From Dimorphilus gyrociliatus (taxonomy: Eukaryota; Animalia; Annelida), in assembly GCA_904063045.1 (NCBI GenBank), contig CAJFCJ010000012.1:1-64000 (forward strand): a DNA stretch of 64,000 nt, read 5' to 3'. Numbering within the stretch: the first letter of the stretch is position 1; every line of letters begins with the position of its first letter. Under the pieces are notes generated by a model. That model was given only the letters and a program-made list of their open reading frames with translations. It was not told where the DNA came from and searched no databases. The translations under genes were made by a program, and so were the position numbers. Positions 28,057-40,279 of this stretch are shown in pieces.

Positions 28057-31000
28057 ATGAAATTTTACTCGACAAGAATCTGCACTATCTTTATATTTAT
28101 TCGCCTTGCTGTAACATCTAAAAAGCCATATCTCTATCGTTGCAACAATTCGGAATATACAAGACAATTTTATGTCTGCGATGGAATAGATGACTGCTCA
28201 GATAAAAGCGATGAAGCTAACTGCCGTAAGAAATTTTTAATATTAATAATTTCTATAATAACTTGTGTTTTCAAAATTTTCTTCATCATAGCTAATGATT
28301 GTTCCAATCATAATAAATACTTTAAATGTTCTGAATCGTGCATTTCCAATCTTTTATTCTGCGATAAAACCCGAGACTGTAATACATGGAACGAAGAAAT
28401 ATGTTAGTTTTTTTCTTTTTTTAATTAACCTATTTAGGTTAGAATAACATTTTTTTTTCAGGTTGTAATGGAAGCGATTCTACCTGCAAGAAAAATATGA
28501 ATAAAAGTATGTAATTTTATTCCTACTTCATATTTACTACATATCGAAAGATTTACGCTTATTATATATATAACTGTATATACATTTATATTGTATTTAT
28601 AAATATATAACTAAGAATATCCCATAGATCCAATCCGCTTAATTAACGTATCGTCTAAAAGAGGTAAGTGTTCCTTCAAATTATATTATTTGAAAAGAAA
28701 CAAAAGAAATCTTTGTCAAAAAATAAATAAAATTCTTTTTTCTTTATCTATAGATCAGGAATGCAAGAATAAGTACAGATGCACTAGAGGCCCCAAATGT
28801 ATAAGCTTGCGCGAAGTCTGCGACGGAGTGAATGACTGCGAAAAATTTCATGACGATGAAAAAAATTGTAAATTATCTTGTCCAAAAGGTTGCCGATGCG
28901 ATATGGGCTTTCATGATTGTTCAAATATAGGCATTGAGAGAATTCCATTGTATAAAAATGATTACGAAGAACCAAGGACATTAGATATATCTAGAAATAT
29001 CCTCATAACCGTAAAAACAAAATGGTTCTTGGTAAATGAGAATCCTGTTGTAACTAATAACCACCTTTGGCATATTATGAATTTAAATTTCTCAAGAAAT
29101 AGTATTTACCAGATAGAGAGAAAGGTATTTGATATTCTTCGCGTATTGAGATATTTGGATTTATCTCATAACCCACTTAGTAAGCTACTTGGAAGTGATC
29201 TTAGTAAACTTCAAAATCTTCAGTATCTAGATCTTTCATTTACCAACATAAAGACTCTTAATCTGCACTTTTTGACATTACTACCAACTTTGAACACTCT
29301 TAAATTCTCAGGGACAAAAGTAACAACTGTTGATTTGAGAGTGTTGAAAGGAAAGCACAATGTAAGGAATATATACTTTCCTCATTATGCTTTCTGTTGT
29401 AAATTAAAACAGTTGAATGGAGTAATCAATCCGATAAATTGCTCTCCAGATGAAACTAAGCTATCGTCGTGCAATAATCTTTTAAAACTACCTCATTTTA
29501 AACGGTTGCTACTGGCGCTTGCAATTATACTATTCATAGTCTCTTTTGGTCATTGGAATTATGTATATAGATGGGAAAAAGATGAAACTCAGAGATTGCT
29601 GATGCTAAACTTTTCATCATCTCTGTTTTTCATCGCAATCTCTAGTGTACTTCAAGTGGCTAACATAAGATTGAATAAACCTGTTATCAATGATGAATTT
29701 TCAATAATTTCCTCTGCTATCTGCAAAGCCAGTAACGTCTTTTTCATACTAGGCTATGTGTCTGGTCTATTAATTAACATAGTTCTATCCATCTATTCGG
29801 TGTCGCTACCTACAGGATTATTTCGAACTCAATTAAACCTGAAGAAAAAATATAAAATAGCTCTCACTTTTATTTGGCTGATATCTCTAGCATATTTCAT
29901 TTCTAGTTTGACAAATCAAGGATGTTTTAAAACGTATTTTGCCGAAATTGATTCACTGTGTTCACCGCTGAATATCTTAATGAATTCAAGAAATAATGCA
30001 TACATATTCAGTTTAACATTGATACCTCTAGAGAGTATCCTTTTCTCTTTAATATCCCTTTCGTTCTCAGTCTTGGCATTAGGTTGGAGGTTCTACAATA
30101 TTCGAAAAGCAAAACAGTCGTTAAGAGTTAAAGCAAAAAAATTTAAAGATTCTGAAGATGTCTACAACTTATGGACTGATGCTGTATTTGATGCAAAATC
30201 TGATGATGTCGAACTTGTTTCCTCTTTTGTGTCTGTCAGCACATTATATTCAGTTGTTATGATAATATTCGGAATTTGTGGTATTAAATAATCTTTAAAA
30301 ATCTATTTTTTTTAAATAAAATACTTTCTTTTTATACTCTGTAAGCTGCTAAAGTGGCTGCTGACGGTCAGGATTCAGAACTCTACCCCTGGATAACCCA
30401 AATTCTACTGCCCATAGCCGCTGGTCTATCGTCAATTGTCTATATTTCAGTTGATCAAATTGAAATGAGGTTGGAGTATTTTTTAAAAATAATTTATTAA
30501 TTATAAAACTGTTCATCAAACAGGATAGCACTAAAGGACGTTTTTACGAGTAAATAGCTTAATTTATTCAGCATTTTTATCAGATCAGATTCATTTCCTA
30601 TTTCTTTTCAGAAAGAACCTTTAGCGTATTCAGACGAGCAGGTGGCGTAAGCGTACGAATAAGACGACAGTACGTAACTTTACCAGAGTTTGTTAAGAAA
30701 AAATCAGAATTGACTGTTCGCGAGGCTCTCTTCATAGCAAGAAATACTATTTGGATAATAAGGCATATGCATAAGCAAAGTCAAGTATGTGACAAAATAG
30801 GACCTGAATATTTAATGGTTATAACTGATCATCAGGTAGTTTAGTATAGAGATATTTCCCATTCTCAATAAAGATTCAAATACATACATTAATACATACA
30901 GTATACATATATATAAATATATATAAATTTATATGCGTTCATGTTTCCATTTATTAGGAAGAAGTCAAAGATACTGACCTGACGTGTGGAGTAGAATATC

Positions 31001-31605
31001 CAAAAATGGACGTTCACGATTGGAGAAAGAAAAGAGATATAGGTGGTTATGGAAAGATGATAACTCACTTGATTGAACAAGGAAACTTTGTAACGGCAAT
31101 GAAAACACCAAGGATTGGAAAATTTTCTACAGCTGTACAAGCTAAAAGTTTAGTTACGAGAATAAGCCGTAAGCTTTCTCGAAGGAAGATAGCCTCTCCA
31201 GAAAAAAAACAAAGAAGAAATCAAAGAACAAGAAGAACAGTAAGACGGAAATCAAATGAAGAAAAAGCGACTATTGAAGTGAAATTAAATAATCAACAAA
31301 CATCTAAAGAATTAGTTGTTAAAGATAAAACAAAAAGGAAGAGAAAGACAAATGTATCAAATCCATCAATACAAAATGAGAAAAATAATATAGCAATTAT
31401 TAATTTGGATGAACATCAGGAAGATCAACAGCAACAAAACACAAAAAGTAAAACAAGCTATGCCGATGAAGTATTAGATAATAAATTAAAAACACTTTCT
31501 GCAGATAAATTAAAACAGGAATCTTATCAAACAAACAAACCGCAAGCTACTTTTTTGCCGAGTAAAATACCAGATATTTTAGAAAATACGATCGAAATTA
31601 TGTAA
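28057..31605 (+). CDS. LDLa(x3)-LRR-7TM receptor (GRL101/RXFP-type LGR), paralog A, with an unusual cytoplasmic extension
   Basis: Signal peptide; LDLa CDGIDDCSDKSDEANC, CDKTRDC, CDGVNDC; LRRNT and LRRs; hinge HYAFCC..INCSP..LSSCNNLL; TM1-6 in the large exon to 30280; TM7 exon 30346-30469; exons 30524-30549, 30612-30835, 30958-31605 splice in frame at GT-AG sites. Confidence 0.9.
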
Positions 31606-32946
31606 CTACACTTGTTGTCAAAGTACTTTTAAAAGACGTACAAAGGTTGTTTGTTGTACGAATTCTTTGATTATTATTTTTTTATATACATATTATTCTT
31701 ATGTTGGTCAAATATGCATTAAATTTTTTACCTAAAGATAGTAGTAGTAATGCTTAATATATCTGATAGATGGTGCCGTTTGTTAATGAATAAGGAAAGT
31801 GAATTTTCTTTCAAAGTTTCAACCTCGATAGATTAGCGGAAACTCTTTCCAATTAAATTCTTTATACAAAGCATTTCCTAATTATAATATATATAATAAT
31901 ATATATTTATATAAATTTAATTCATTTATCTATATTTACTAATATACAGTATACATGTGTGTATGTCTAATAATGAAACTCGTCTTCCTCTCTTGCTTAT
32001 TTTCAATCTCGGATTAGATTTTTATTTCTGATATGAATAGAATTCATTATTTTAAATAAAAGGTAGAGTTTTTACAAAATCAAAGATTATTATAATCTTT
32101 TATAATATATAATAATTTGTCTTTTCATGTATAAAAGAACATGCTCCGCTTGAGCTAAAGGTGAGTATACAGAATATGTAATTTCTTTATTTAACCTTAC
32201 TCTCTATAAATGTATATAAAATAGAACGTATAAAAATTTATTACCATGAAATAATGATAAAAAAAAGTCCATAAAGAAGCTAATTTTTACAAGCAATGTT
32301 ATAGTTACATAAAAAAAGATAATGAGCTTTTCCTCTTCTTTTAATTTCCTTAAGAATATTGTCCTCCTCGAAGAGAAAATTGAAAATGAAATATGCTTGG
32401 TCTATAATTATAATGTTAACATTTATAAAGAAAAAAGGAAAGGTTCATGTAAAAAAAAAAAGATAGAATAAAAAGCATATACTCAGCTATATTCAATGAC
32501 GGAGAAAATGCAATAATACAAAGTCATGTCATATTTTCGAGTTACTTGTCAGTTTTAAATTCAGTAAATTTTAATATTCTTCTAAACGAAAAAAAGGATA
32601 CTTTATAATACAAATTTTAATATATGCAAATTTATTCAATGTTTATCAATTATCAGAAATAAACGTTTTAATTAGAATATATATATATATATATATACAC
32701 AAAATGTAACATTAAATAATGTAATTGAATCCTCAAACGTAGTTTTTTTTAATTAGGCTTCTCTAGAACTTACTACTAGATCAGCAATGAGTCTTGAATA
32801 AAATTAATCACGACTTACGTGACTTGTTGAAAAACCATATTTAAATTTTCTCATTTTTTTTTGCTTTCTATTAACCAATCGCTTACCACTGCCTACGAAA
32901 CATAAATTTACAAAGAACTTTTCTAACCATCATTCGAGTCCGAAGA

Positions 32947-35900
32947 ATGAACAAGAAAGTTCTACCCTTAACTTTTTGTTTAACAATTCTTTATCATGTA
33001 CAGTTTATAAAAGCAAAGACAGTTTTTAAATGTAAAACTTCATCAGAATATATACGAAATTTTTTCGTCTGTGATGGATATAAAGACTGCAAAGATAATA
33101 GCGATGAAGAAAACTGTGGTAAGTTTTATGATAGAAAGGTTTTTTTCAATTTGACTCCCATTTTTAACTGTTTCCATCTAAAGATGGCCAATGCGACGAT
33201 ACATTGAGAAACTTTAAATGTGGAAAAAACTTGTGTATATCAAATATACTTGCTTGTGACAATATTAGAAATTGTCAAGGATCTGCCGATGAAAAATGTA
33301 AGCTTATTAGCAGTTCTATTTAAAAAATATGTATAATAAATTATATAAATTCATATTTCAGGTTGTGTTAAAAATGATGCAAAATGTATAAAGATTTATC
33401 ACTATGGTGGTAAGATAAAATTTATCTCTTCTTCTCTTTTCGTAGTCTATTATAAGATACTCTATTAGTTGAACAAAGCGTATGACTTATTCCAATCCCA
33501 AATACAGTATACTGATTAATACAACTAGAAATAATTAATAAAACGTCATAGAGGTTGATAAAATATATTGAAATTAGATCATCTTTTAGGTTTTATAGAA
33601 AAGCAAACGCGATATCGTCCTGTTCGACCGGACAATGACCGTACGTATAAATATGATATACAGTATATATGTACTGTATATTCAGTATATACGGCATTTA
33701 TATACGCATTTTTGCATATTCCAGTCTTATTATATTTCATATATTTACTTTATTTTCAAATAGCTAACACATGTAGAGGTAGATATAGATGTCTCGGTAA
33801 TGGAAAATGCATTAACGTTAGAGAAGTTTGCGATAATAACCACAATTGCGGCGAATTAGATGATGACGAAATGCATTGTGAGTTAGAGTGTCCAAGCTTA
33901 TGTAATTGCAATATGGCTTTCCATAATTGTTCAAATCTAAATCTCAAAAGAATACCAGCTTACTCTGAGAAGCATGAAGAAGTAAAAGCTCTTGATATGT
34001 CTTTCAATGCACTAGAAACTGTTGAAAGTGAATGGTTTAAATCCAATATTACAAATAAAATGGGAAAATCAAAACAATCAAGATTGGTCTATATACTGCA
34101 CTTGAATCTATCTCATAATAAAATTAAGAGATTACATGCGAACAGTCTAGAAATCCTACTGAATTTAAAGACTTTGGACTTGTCGCACAATCCGTTGGAA
34201 AGTATTGAAGACAGTCACATTTATAGCGTGGCAAACTTGAACTTTTTAGACTTGTCATATACAAATATAAGATCGATTGATTTTTCAACTAGCCAAAAAT
34301 TTAACGAATTAGTTACTTTAAAGCTGTCTAACACTAAGATTACAACGCTAAGCGTTGATCACTTTGTGGATTTTGAATCTCTTAGAGACATTGAACTACC
34401 TCACTATGCTTTTTGCTGTAAGCTAAAAGAGTACAAGAATACTGATCAGATAAACTGTTCACCAATGGAAACTGAATTATCAACTTGTAGTAATGCGTTA
34501 AAACTTACATCACTGAGGAAATCACTTATAGTTGTATCAGTATTCTCATTATTAGCTATTATAGGAGCCATATCTTATTCTTTCAAAATTGAGAGTGATG
34601 AAATACAAAAGTTGATAATGGTACATTTTTTTGTATCTTTGCTGTTAATCTCATTTTCTTACATTATCCAAGATATCAGCATTGCAGTAAATAATTCAAG
34701 AATAAATACTAAATTTGAAATTACATCATCTATAATTTGTAAGGCGGCTTCAACATTCTATTTAGTTGGACATGTCTCAAGTCTGCTAAACAGTATACTT
34801 GTCGGTGGTTATTCTTTGGCGGTTCCATTAGGACTTTTGAAAGATTTAAAGTTCGTAAAGAAAACGTTAAGAACTACATATGTCGTTATTTGGTTGTTAG
34901 GAATAGGAATTTTTGGCGCAGTTATTGCTGGAAAAGGAAAATTAGAAAACTATTTTGTTGATATTGACGCTCTCTGTATACCGATTAATTTTCTACTAGA
35001 TAAAAAAAGCGAAATGTTCAATTTTGGCTTAATTTTCGTTCCTAGTTTATCTCTCTTGACTTGTGTAATAAACTTTATTTTAATAATAAGCACCGCTTCT
35101 CTACGATTGAAAAATATCTTGACAATTCGAAAAGGATTGAAAGAAAAAGCTAAAATAATTAAAGATGATGAAAACGTCTATAACCTCTGGAAGGGAGCAG
35201 TATTCGAAATGAAGTCTAACGATATTGAAATAGTTGCTTCATTTACAATAATATGCACAGCTTTCTCATTTATAACTCTAATATACTCTATTTTAGGTGC
35301 GATCTTTGCTTAGAAAAATTCTCTAAAGTTATTAATAAAGTTCATCTTTTATCATAGGCTTTACACTTTTAAAGATTAATGAAATTAACGTGATTTATCC
35401 ATATATACTTCCCATGTTACCTCCCATTGTTACTTTCGTATGTGCTATGACTTACATAATAGTGGATCAAATAGAAATGAGGTATGCATAATTTTACATC
35501 TATTGTGTCTGCTTTAAATTTAATATTCTTGTTCAATTGGTTTTTATTTTAGGATGGCAATGAAAGACATGTTTACTCGTAAGTTTTTTTTATGATTCAT
35601 ATGTTTTTACCAATGATTTTATTTTCAATTTCTTTTCTTAAAGGTAAAACGTTTAGTGTGTTTAGAAGAGCGGGTGGTGCTTCTAAACGAATAAGACGTC
35701 TCTATAAAACTCTACCCGATTTCTTGGAGGAAAAAATGGAATTAAAATCTAAGGAGCTATTATTTATAGCAACCCATACAATGTGGAATATTTGTCATAT
35801 GCATAAACAAGGACAAGTCTGCGACAAGTCGGATTTAAGCTGTCTTATGATTGTTACAGATTTTGAGGTGATACTTTTTAATCATTAAAAAATAATACTT

Positions 35901-36608
35901 ATCATTTCCATAATTGTATCGAAGTATATTCTACACGTGTCCGATTTACGTAAACAATAATCATCTAGGCATAAAGTAATAATACAAATTGAAGTTTTGT
36001 ATATCTTTTACCAGGGAGCAATAAAAGATGTCGATCTCGTCTGCGGATCAGAATATCCTAAGTTAGATATTGCAAAATGGAGAATGCAAAGAGATATCTT
36101 GATCTTTGGCAAAATGATTGATGAAATTCTTTTAAAAGGAAATATTATAACTTCTTTCAATATAAAACCGGCAGAGAAGCTTACTCCTGGAAGACGAGCC
36201 AGAAATTTGGCAAATAGACTTACTAATAAGTTTTCTATAATTAAAAGGGGTCAAAATAAGGAAGGTTCAGATACTCCAAAGCAAGCGAGGGCAAAACTGA
36301 ATCGAAAAGAGGGTAGTATTGAATCTGTAGATAAGAGTGTTCAGCTAGTTGAAAAGAATAACTGTTCTGGAAAAACGGTAAATGACGAAAAGCGAACTAA
36401 TGTAAAGAACGATGAGAAATTATGCGAAAAATCTGACGTGAACATCAAAACTGATGAGAATATAGAAGAACGTATTGAGAAGCAAGAAATAGATAATAGC
36501 GATTTATCGAATAAAGGTGAAAGTGAATCTAAAAATCCCTTAACTCATCAAACGATAACTCTTGACCTACCAGATATTTTGGAAGATATTACTGTTAAGA
36601 AATTCTAG
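32947..36608 (+). CDS. LDLa(x3)-LRR-7TM receptor (GRL101/RXFP-type LGR), paralog B, tandem duplicate of A
   Basis: Same architecture and similar intron positions: CDGYKDCKDNSDEENC, CDNIRNC, CDNNHNC; HYAFCC..INCSP..LSTCSNAL; 26-nt micro-exon 35553-35578; exons 35644-35867 and 36015-36608. Confidence 0.9.
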
Positions 36609-37599
36609 AAGGCGTAGAATGTTAATGAACTAAGATGAAGAGAACAGATACAATCATACACTCTACTATGCCATATACATGCAATATAAATATCTATTTA
36701 AATATACAAGATGTATACATATTGTGCTTAGCTGTTAAATCAAATGAAAAGTTTTATTTTTTCACCTGTTTTTATCACATTGCCAATTTCAATCTAATTA
36801 TAAACAAAAAATCAATATACCTTATAAATATTAAAATAGTAACTGTTAAAATACCTAACAATTCTGAAATTTTAAAGATATTCTTTTGATGAAAAGAACT
36901 CAAATTTCATTACTTAAACAAGTAATCAAATGTTAAAAGTACTCTTAAATGCTTATTTCAGTTGATAAACACCTTATTCTATAAGTAATCTAATAAGTTT
37001 TTAATATAAATTTATAAATTGTTTATTATACTTCTATATTTATCTCTAAATATATTTCTAAATAAAATACTAATAAATATACCTATCTAATTTGAATACG
37101 TTGCAATTGCTTTAGCTGTGTAAAACCTTGATTCCCATTCATTTTAGTTTATTAATTTATATAATAAAGAATATGAAAAGTATTCAAAAAACCAACATAT
37201 TTGTTAAATATGGCAAAAATGGAAGAATATCAACAGGCTAGAAAATTACATATACGACATATACATATACATATATATATATATATATATTTCATTGTTA
37301 TTATAAACTATAGTCATACGACCAAGCATGTAAAAGGTCCATATCCGTATTGATTTTTAGCTTGAATTTTAAATTCATATCTTTTGTTTGCATCTAGATT
37401 TTTAACTGTGAATGTATTATCTGTAAAATATTAGATGAATATTATTACATTTTATACGGTATAATAATAACACGTCAAAGCAGAACTACGTATCATCTAA
37501 TTTTATACAATAGAAAAAGTACATATACAGTATAACGTTGTTAGATGTAAACTAATTTCTTGTTTTAAATTACAGATATTTTAACTTACCAATAAAACT

Positions 37600-39793
37600 A
37601 GGCTTTTGAGTATTTTCACTGGTAGATAATGAATAGGTATAATTCTGCGTATAATTTGTTATTTCTATAACTACAGTCGTGTTAACACTCCTATTAACTT
37701 TAGTCTCTATGCCATTTAACAAATTAAATTCCGGTTGAAATCCTTGTAGTTTGCAATCTTGAAAATTTTTCGAATTATTGTCAGCATATTTTAATATTAA
37801 ATTATCATTTCGTCTAGGTATATAATTAGAAACATCTGTAAGGTTAAATATAAATTATTAAAGATCATTTAAAATCTATATTGGCTTAAACCTAACTGCA
37901 ATAGAAATCTCTTTTAAAAAATTAAAAATACTTTCCAAATGGCATTTTGCAATAGTCTGATAAGTTTCTCTTTAAAAACAGCCATCGAGTTTCATTTCCT
38001 GATGTATTATCTAGAATAGTTTTCAACACAATTCCTTTTTCACACGTCTTCTTGTAAGTAAAACTAATTTTTCAAAAAATAAAACGGTTTGAAACGGAAT
38101 GAAATTATCACTCATAAGATTAATATTACTTAAATTTAGGTATCTTTTCAGCTAAAGCTTTCATATGTTCGAAAAATGATGAGTTTCTTAAAGGGATCAC
38201 TTCTGTCAAGTTTCGAGATAGAGATTCAATTCTAAATGTAAATTCGGCTGTAGTTTTAAAAATTAATTAATAGAGTTTTTGTATGATCTGCAAAAAATAT
38301 GAAATTGAATATAGTATACATTTTTTCTGCGTTGTTTGCTCTGTTGACATTAAACTGGTCGGGTTTACCGATATCATCGGTTTAGTTCGAGCTGGAGTAT
38401 TTTCTGTTAGCGATGTCGTGTGAGAGCTCGTTGCCATAGGGATACTTTTTGTAGTCGGTGTTGTGTTAGGTTTTTTAGACGTTTGAATATTTTTAATTTC
38501 TACAAAGGTAATTGCAAATGATACTCGATTCATATTAGACTCTTTAAATTCTTCTTTTAATACGTTTTCCAATGTTTTCCCAAATTTAGCACCATCATTA
38601 TGTGATGATATAATTTGTAATAAGAAAGAAACAATAGCGCTGCCTTTAGTAATATCTGTCACTTGACACTTGACATTCCTGTAATTTTTTGATTCAATGC
38701 CTTCAACCTATCAGAATTAATTATTAATAGAAATTTAGCATAACTCAAATAACCTACTAAGCCACAAAACTCAGCTATAAATTTTTGATCTTTAGTCGTA
38801 TCATAACTCAATCCAAATTCACCTTGAATAGTAGCATTCCCGTTGAAAATAAATATGCCTTCTAAAAATTACATCAAGCGCAGTTAGTAGTTTATGGCCA
38901 AGGAATTGAAAATAAAAAACCATATTTACGTTTACTTTTCTGGGGAGAAGTGGAGGACTCTTTTTTCGACTTAGACTCTAAATATAGATTTCATTTTATG
39001 AATAGTGTATGCACGATTCATTATCTATTACCAATTACATGAAAATAACTATATAGCATACAGTGTAATATCTACCTTTTAAGCCGAGGGAAACGCCTAA
39101 GCCGATCGCTATGCCTATGAAAATAACAATGAAACCGCAACAGAGTCTCTTACAACTAAAGTTATGTGCGTTAGATTTTTTTGTAGCCTCAGGTGATGAA
39201 TCTTCCGTTTCACCTCTAGGCATGTCTGGTCCTAGTTCAAGAGTATTCTGTTCAATAATATCTTGAGTATATCCATCATATAATCCCGAATGTCTCTTCT
39301 TTTCTGCTTCGGCCTTTTCGTTATTGTTAGCTTCATAAGTGGCCTCTTCCTGAAGTCTTCTTTCAGATTCCAGTGTATTGTTTAATTCTTTTGTAGACGA
39401 ATGTTTTGAAGTGCAGGGCGATTCTATTGAGGCCCTAGTATTTACAGTGTATGACTGCTGTTGAACCGACGTTTCTATGTTTTGTTCAGGACTATTTATA
39501 GTTTCCATGTGAATAAAATCAGGAACAGGTGGAAAAGATTCAGCTCTGGAATCTCTAAATGTAGATGTTTCATCTCTGAGTATCGATTCTCTATGTGATT
39601 CTTGCAAAGAGTCAGGTCTGCTGTATGATTGCTCTAGCTGAGATATCTCACCGCTTCCGAAGTGATGGTTATTCTCATAATTTTCAACCACTTTTTCTAA
39701 ATCGTGTAAAGAGGGATGGTCGTCAGATGTATCCCGATCTACGGCTGATATCTCTTCTTTGACTTTTGCATCAACAGAATCTGCCGAAGTCAT
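37600..39793 (-). CDS. Type II single-pass membrane protein with SEA domain(s) and a Thr/Pro-rich linker (3' end uncertain)
   Basis: Long acidic cytoplasmic N-terminus, then TM CCGFIVIFIGIAIGLGVSLGL; next exons IFIFNGNATI..YDTKDQKF and CQVTDITKGSAIVSF (SEA GSxxV motif); TPTT-rich linker; further exon-like segments at ~38230-37650. Confidence 0.7.
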
Positions 39794-40279
39794 ATTCGCT
39801 ACAAAAATAAAACGCTTGGAAGATAATTAATTGAAGAGGATTTTGCGTTCAAAGTTTCGATTTCACACGCGGAAGAGAAAACTCTTTATCGGTCTTGAAA
39901 GACTCGTACACGGTTGAATTCGGCTTTACTTATACCGGTAAAAATTTACAAAAAGGATTGATATTGAAAAGCATACAAGTGGTATTGTCAATACCATTTT
40001 AATTCATTCAGTGCCATCTACCGAATACTTTTTTAGAGAATCTTAAAACTTGGAAAATTATTTTCAATGACTAATTTTATTTAAAATAAGATTTTAAATG
40101 AATTTTTTACTGATACTAGTTAAGATTCTTTTGTCAAATTTCTGTATTTACTTGAATAGCGTATTGCAATTACTTTTATTTTATGACATCATTCAAGCGG
40201 GAGGTGTTTATTTGATACAAAGGAAGCAAAAATACACACAGCAGTAAAATAAATCAATAATTATAGCTGTTTTATTCGT

